Both the position numbers and the translations under genes were made by a program. A DNA stretch of 64,000 nucleotides from a virus. The stretch is taken from positions 29,347 through 93,346 of the IMG/VR virus record IMGVR_UViG_3300044641_004147, one strand, 5' to 3'. This document shows, in pieces, positions 59,774 to 64,000 of this stretch; positions within the stretch are counted from its first letter, which is position 1; the number at the start of each line of letters is the position of its first letter. The notes below the pieces were generated by a model. That model was not told where the DNA came from. It was given only the letters and a program-made list of their open reading frames with translations, and made no database searches.

Positions 59774-60982
59774 ATGGATATGGATTTCAGCAAAATATTA
59801 TCAACCTTCTCTGCTTTGTCAACTACTCAATCTTTAGGCGAAGCAGAAAAGAAAGAAACCACTTGGACAGACATGAGTGGTAAAAAGCATCCTGCTACAC
59901 AAGTCAAAGGTGACAAGTATACAGGCAAGGAAGCTGAAAAAGATGAAAAAGAAAAGAAGGTCAAAGAATCTGTAGGATACAAGCCTGTAGACATGGCATC
60001 ACTGATTGCCAGAATGGACGCTATCGTTGAGTCTGAAAAAGTTGATGAAGACGATGTTGAAGAAGGCAACGAATTCTCTGGCGAACTAGCCAAGGCCAAG
60101 GCCGCTGGTAAAAAAGAATTTGAAGTAGACGGCAAGAAGTACGATGTCAAAGAAGGCAAGAAGCCAGACTTCCTAGACGCAGACAAGGACGGCGATAAAA
60201 AAGAGCCAATGAAAAAAGCTCTTAAAGATAAAGAAGAAGTTAAAGAGGCCGACGATCGCCCTGCCAGTAAAGAAAAAGATACAACCTGGACTGACAAGGA
60301 AGGCAAGAAGCATCCTGGCAAGCAAGTTCAGGGTTGGCAAAGTGTCAAAGCCGACAAAGAAGCCGACAAAGAAAAGAAAGCCACAATGAAAGAATCTGCA
60401 CTTGGCGAGTGCGGAATGATGGCCAGCGACGGTTCTGGTATGGGCGATAGTGGTATGAGCGTTAATACAAATATTGACACACGCACTGGTCGTAAAAGCG
60501 TTAGCGTCACTGCCGACGGTGAAGCTGCTGACCAATTAATGCAGATGCTAAAACTAGCTGGCATGGGCGGCGGTTCGTCATCCATGGGCGATGTTGACGG
60601 CGACGGTGATCATGACATGGCCGACCACGCTTCGGAACTGACCGGCGGCAAGGCCGATGTTAAAGTTGTCAGTGTACCTCTAGCACATGCCGAAGGCGGT
60701 TTTAAGTTTGGCGGTGACAAAGAAGTTGACGAAACTTATGCCAATGAACCCGACGAACAAGTACAGGGCATTGATGCACAACTACGCCAAGGTACAGACT
60801 TACATAAAGAAAAGAATATGGTCAAGCACAGCTATCGTCAAGGCGATAACCCAATGGCCATGAGCGAAAGCGAAGAATTGGCTGCACTAGAAGCACAGCT
60901 TTTCGAAGAGCTAGCCAGTATTAAAAAAGTCAAAGACGAAAAGAAGGACGATAAAAAGTCCATGAAAAAGAAAATGAAGTAA
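59774..60982 (+). CDS. Highly charged putative internal head/scaffold-type polyprotein
   Basis: ATG 59774 after an AAGGA SD. Many [VLIM]xE sites, a duplicated TTWTDxxGKKHP module, DxDxDG loops and an LKLAGM motif. Confidence 0.65.
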   Translation: MDMDFSKILSTFSALSTTQSLGEAEKKETTWTDMSGKKHPATQVKGDKYTGKEAEKDEKEKKVKESVGYKPVDMASLIARMDAIVESEKVDEDDVEEGNEFSGELAKAKAAGKKEFEVDGKKYDVKEGKKPDFLDADKDGDKKEPMKKALKDKEEVKEADDRPASKEKDTTWTDKEGKKHPGKQVQGWQSVKADKEADKEKKATMKESALGECGMMASDGSGMGDSGMSVNTNIDTRTGRKSVSVTADGEAADQLMQMLKLAGMGGGSSSMGDVDGDGDHDMADHASELTGGKADVKVVSVPLAHAEGGFKFGGDKEVDETYANEPDEQVQGIDAQLRQGTDLHKEKNMVKHSYRQGDNPMAMSESEELAALEAQLFEELASIKKVKDEKKDDKKSMKKKMK

Positions 60983-60984
60983 TT

Positions 60985-61941
60985 ATGAAAAAATTAGCAG
61001 ACTACTTTGTTGAATCTGAACAGGCTGTAACTGAAAAAGCAGTTAGCCAGCAACAGCAAAAATTCATGGGTATGGTTCATGCCATGCAAAAAGGCGAAAA
61101 AGTCAAGGGCGCCAGTCCTGAACTAAAAAAAGTAGCCAGTACAATGAAAAAATCAGATGCCGAAGATTTTGCTAAGACCAAACATAAAGGTCTGCCCAAA
61201 GAAGTTGGCGAAGATGCTGTTGACGACTTCTTGGCTCGGGGTGGAAAAATTCAAGTTGGTAAAACTCATAAGCCTCGCAAAGCCGAAAAGTGGCAAGGGT
61301 CATCGCATATTGGTGCAGCCGGCGGCAAAGGAACAAAAGGTAAAGTATCAGGTATGGGAGCTAATACAAATCCAAAAGGCGGAAAACCTGTGGTTACCGC
61401 AGACATACACACAGAAAGCGCAGTGATGCAAGGCGTTCGTCAAGTATCGGAAGCTAGGCTAATTGCCGAAGCTGGTGTAACTGTTGGTCACATTATTAAG
61501 AGATTCAAACACGAAGTTAAAAACTTTGTCGAAGATGGTGATCTGGACACCGACTTGTATCACGCATTATTTGACTATTATATGGACAACGGCGAAATGC
61601 CTTATGGCGTGGCCAAAGCCCGTAGCGGCGATCCATTTGAGTGGATCAGTGAGCGTTTTTATAGAGATCTTCAAGACGAAGGTCTAGTAGAAGCCGCAGA
61701 TCCTTTAGAAATTCCTGCATACCAGCGCAAGGGCAGTGCAAGATTAGGCAACTTCCCTGCGCCAGTGGCTCCAAAAGTTGATACAATTGGTAAGGCCAGA
61801 CCAGAGAATATTCCGGCTGTACAGCGCAAGGCAGCGGGACAAGATTTCCCTGTAAGTATGGATCAAGTTCAAGACACTAGCGATAAGATTAGTTCACTTG
61901 ATACACTACGCAAAATGGCAGGACTGCCTCCTCGGGTCTAA
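60985..61941 (+). CDS. Putative internal head polyprotein with DUF3008-like and other short modules
   Basis: MKKLADYFVE N-terminus; AVSQQQQKFMG...EDFAKTKHKGLP; FLARGGKIQ; GEMPYGVAKARSGDP; IPAxQRK twice; LRKMAGL. Confidence 0.65.
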   Translation: MKKLADYFVESEQAVTEKAVSQQQQKFMGMVHAMQKGEKVKGASPELKKVASTMKKSDAEDFAKTKHKGLPKEVGEDAVDDFLARGGKIQVGKTHKPRKAEKWQGSSHIGAAGGKGTKGKVSGMGANTNPKGGKPVVTADIHTESAVMQGVRQVSEARLIAEAGVTVGHIIKRFKHEVKNFVEDGDLDTDLYHALFDYYMDNGEMPYGVAKARSGDPFEWISERFYRDLQDEGLVEAADPLEIPAYQRKGSARLGNFPAPVAPKVDTIGKARPENIPAVQRKAAGQDFPVSMDQVQDTSDKISSLDTLRKMAGLPPRV

Positions 61942-61942
61942 G

Positions 61943-62305
61943 ATGAGAGCTTCCGAGTTCGTTCGTGAGGACAAAAAGCCTTTACGCAAAGCACTGGTGC
62001 AAGCGGCACCTCACTTAACAACTTACGATCAACTAGACAATAACAACAGCCCGTATCTAGCCTACAGATTTGGCGTTGCATTGGCTCCGGCACCCGATAG
62101 TATAGGCTACGCAGAAGGACCAATTGGTAGCAGATTTACCATGGTTGACTACAGTGATGCTGACACTAAAATTCGCAAAGCAGCCGAAAAGAAGATGGGC
62201 ATTAAAAGTAGTTCGGACACTGGTGCAGGGTCCAAAGAACTGCCTGGTATTAACACACAAAGCCCAATGTCTCCAAAAGGGCCAGTTAAGCCTAAGAGAA
62301 AATGA
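61943..62305 (+). CDS. Hypothetical protein (MRASEFVRE N-terminus, probable internal head protein)
   Basis: The true start is ATG 61943, 2 nt after the upstream stop. Confidence 0.65.
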   Translation: MRASEFVREDKKPLRKALVQAAPHLTTYDQLDNNNSPYLAYRFGVALAPAPDSIGYAEGPIGSRFTMVDYSDADTKIRKAAEKKMGIKSSSDTGAGSKELPGINTQSPMSPKGPVKPKRK

Positions 62306-62541
62306 GCGATCCAATCAAGGACTTACAGCACCTAGCCGGAATTAAAAAGAATCAAAGTCCGACTGCAAATCGAGATGGCGGCCTAAGTCCAATTGGTAGT
62401 AATATAAGCGTAACCGGAATGGAAAAGCGCCGGTTAGAAAAAGAACATAACATTAAACCCGGAACTGATGAATGGTTCCAATTATGGTTTAGTCGTCCTT
62501 ACCTAACCGGCGAGCCACCGGTGGGTTCTAAGCGGCATTAA
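62302..62541 (+). CDS. Small hypothetical protein with LxxLAGI motif
   Basis: ATGA overlap with the upstream gene; IKPGTDEWFQLWFSRPYLTGE C-terminus. Confidence 0.7.
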   Translation: MSDPIKDLQHLAGIKKNQSPTANRDGGLSPIGSNISVTGMEKRRLEKEHNIKPGTDEWFQLWFSRPYLTGEPPVGSKRH

Positions 62542-63064
62542 CAGCCGATTTGTCCACACCTAAATATTTGTACCACGATTCGTGCGGTACATGGAATGGA
62601 CGATTCTTCCACTGTGCAATCAGACTGTAGTAGTCTGGCTTAAACGGCATACGATGTGGCTTCCACAACTTACTGCCCTTTTTGTAATTGCAAGGCTTAC
62701 AGGCTGTCACAGAGTTTTCCCAAGTGGTTTTACCCCCAGCAGCTCTAGGAATCACATGATCCAGTGTTAATTCTTTGTTGTCAAATGTGTCATTGCAGTA
62801 AGCACAGGTATACAGGTCGCGCAAAAACACATTGGCACGACTAAACTTAACCGACTTCTTGTAGTTAAAATACTCTTTGGTCATACAGACGCTGGGTATT
62901 TCCATAGTGATGTGCTCACTACGGATTAACTTACCCGGATAAGTTTCCAAAATTTCTACGCGATCCAAAAAGTACAGTTTTACAGCGTGTTCCCATGGGA
63001 CCACACTCAACGGCAGGATTGAAATTGGATTGAAATCTGCGTTTAATAGAAGTGTTGTGCTCAT
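62528..63064 (-). CDS. HNH endonuclease (McrA/HNH_5-like)
   Basis: FSRANVFLRDLYTCAYC...LTLDHVIPRAAGGKTTWENSVTACKPCNYKKG. Confidence 0.9.
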   Translation of the reverse strand: MSTTLLLNADFNPISILPLSVVPWEHAVKLYFLDRVEILETYPGKLIRSEHITMEIPSVCMTKEYFNYKKSVKFSRANVFLRDLYTCAYCNDTFDNKELTLDHVIPRAAGGKTTWENSVTACKPCNYKKGSKLWKPHRMPFKPDYYSLIAQWKNRPFHVPHESWYKYLGVDKSAVNAA

Positions 63065-63069
63065 AAGTA

Positions 63070-63075
63070 TATTTA
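63070..63075 (-). promoter_or_regulatory. Late promoter TAAATA for the HNH gene, leaderless
   Basis: The minus strand reads gtTAAATAtacttATG (5-nt spacer). Confidence 0.6.
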
Positions 63076-63095
63076 ACCAATCGTCGAACTAGATG

Positions 63096-63124
63096 ATTAT
63101 AACACAAAGCATGTCGAATGTCAA
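63096..63124 (-). promoter_or_regulatory. Consensus sigma70 promoter for the HNH gene
   Basis: Minus strand TTGACA (63124-63119), 17 bp, TATAAT (63101-63096). Confidence 0.85.
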
Positions 63125-64000
63125 ATTTAAAACCACTCGAGAATTCGTTAATTAAGCGACCGCACCAACAGCAGTCGTGGACCGAACACGATCTAATCGA
63201 GTTTGCTCGTTGTGCAGACCCAGCAACCGGGCCGGCATACTTTATGAATAATTACTTTTACATACAGCATCCTACCAAGGGCAGTATGTTATACAAGGCT
63301 TTTAGTTTTCAGGAAAAACTAATTGACACATATCATAACAACAGATTCAGTATTGCATTGATGCCTCGCCAGACTGGTAAAAGTACATCGGCTGCTGGGT
63401 ACTTACTGTGGTACGCAATGTTTGTTCCGGACAGCACTATATTGATTGCCGCACACAAGTACACAGGCGCACAGGAAATTATGCAACGGGTACGATACGC
63501 ATATGAAAATGTACCTAACTTTATTCGTGCAGGTGTGACCAGTTACAACAAGGGTAGCATAGACTTTGAAAACGGATCGCGCATAGTAGCACAGACAACT
63601 ACAGAAACAACCGGTCGTGGTATGTCTATATCACTACTATACTGTGACGAGTTTGCGTTCGTTAGACCCAGCATTGCCAAAGAATTCTGGACTAGTATTT
63701 CGCCTACACTATCAACCGGTGGTAAGGCCATTATTACCAGCACACCCAACAGCGATGAAGACCAGTTTGCTGAAATTTGGAAAAGTTCAAATAAAACTAT
63801 TGACGAGTTTGGTAACGAAACAGGCATCGGCCGCAATGGTTTTAAGTCCTATAAAGCACACTGGAGCGAGCACCCTGATCGCGATGAACAATGGAAATCT
63901 GAAGAAATGGGTCGCATTGGCGAAGAGCGGTTCCGCCGAGAACACGAATGCGAGTTCTTAATTTTTGATGAGACACTGATCAATTCTATCACTTTAGCTG
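63118..64000 (+). CDS. Terminase large subunit (T4 gp17-like), 3'-truncated; absent from the ORF track
   Basis: Manual translation gives MSNLKPLENSLIKRPH...MPRQTGKST (Walker A)...GRGMSISLLYCDEFAF (Walker B)...IITSTPN...RFRREHECEF; the frame is open to the window end. Confidence 0.95.
   Translation, partial: MSNLKPLENSLIKRPHQQQSWTEHDLIEFARCADPATGPAYFMNNYFYIQHPTKGSMLYKAFSFQEKLIDTYHNNRFSIALMPRQTGKSTSAAGYLLWYAMFVPDSTILIAAHKYTGAQEIMQRVRYAYENVPNFIRAGVTSYNKGSIDFENGSRIVAQTTTETTGRGMSISLLYCDEFAFVRPSIAKEFWTSISPTLSTGGKAIITSTPNSDEDQFAEIWKSSNKTIDEFGNETGIGRNGFKSYKAHWSEHPDRDEQWKSEEMGRIGEERFRREHECEFLIFDETLINSITLA

Noticed and set aside
59827-60585. Ser/Phe/Leu-rich minus-strand ORFs
   Set aside because: They are antisense shadows of the Lys/Glu-rich 59774..60982 gene.
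63543-63961. ORF-track entries 63543..63836 (-) and 63617..63961 (+)
   Set aside because: Both overlap the true terminase frame starting at 63118, which the track missed because it has no stop within the window.
1-64000. Genome-wide TAG recoding (genetic code 15)
   Set aside because: Only one internal TAG occurs in about 20,000 codons, at a Tyr position. All other genes are intact in code 11, and TAG appears to terminate 58649..59146 and 62528..63064.

Overview
The whole window is part of a large T4-like (myovirus) phage genome, covering the virion-morphogenesis region. Positions 1-41187 are an unbroken + strand array of about 24 fibre/adhesin-like genes. They are built from a small kit of modules: collagen-like G-x-T-G-S-x repeats, polyglycine-rich domains, LamG/ConA-like domains, He_PIG/IPT Ig domains and one cupredoxin-like domain. 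A 1314-aa five-domain glycosyltransferase/methyltransferase fusion follows. The rest encodes a Nudix hydrolase, gp15/gp14/gp13-like neck proteins, a dNMP kinase, tail sheath and tube, a gp4-like head-completion nuclease, a possible small terminase, a cluster of probable internal head proteins, an HNH nuclease and the 5' part of a gp17-like large terminase. Five observations stand out. (1) The probable internal-head polyproteins carry repeated [VILM]-x-E protease-type sites that separate short modules; in 60985-61941 these modules resemble the SutA RNAP-binding motif and the FtsZ C-terminal peptide. (2) The glycan assembly-line protein sits directly beside Ser/Thr-rich fibres. (3) Regulation combines sigma70 and TAAATA late promoters, several giving leaderless mRNAs and several lying inside RBS-occluding hairpins, one of which has a hidden 28-aa leader ORF. 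(4) An in-frame amber codon splits a 1959-codon adhesin. (5) The adhesins show nested and split domain architectures. All functional calls come from motif recognition; no database searches were run. No tRNA, rRNA, CRISPR array or reverse transcriptase was seen.
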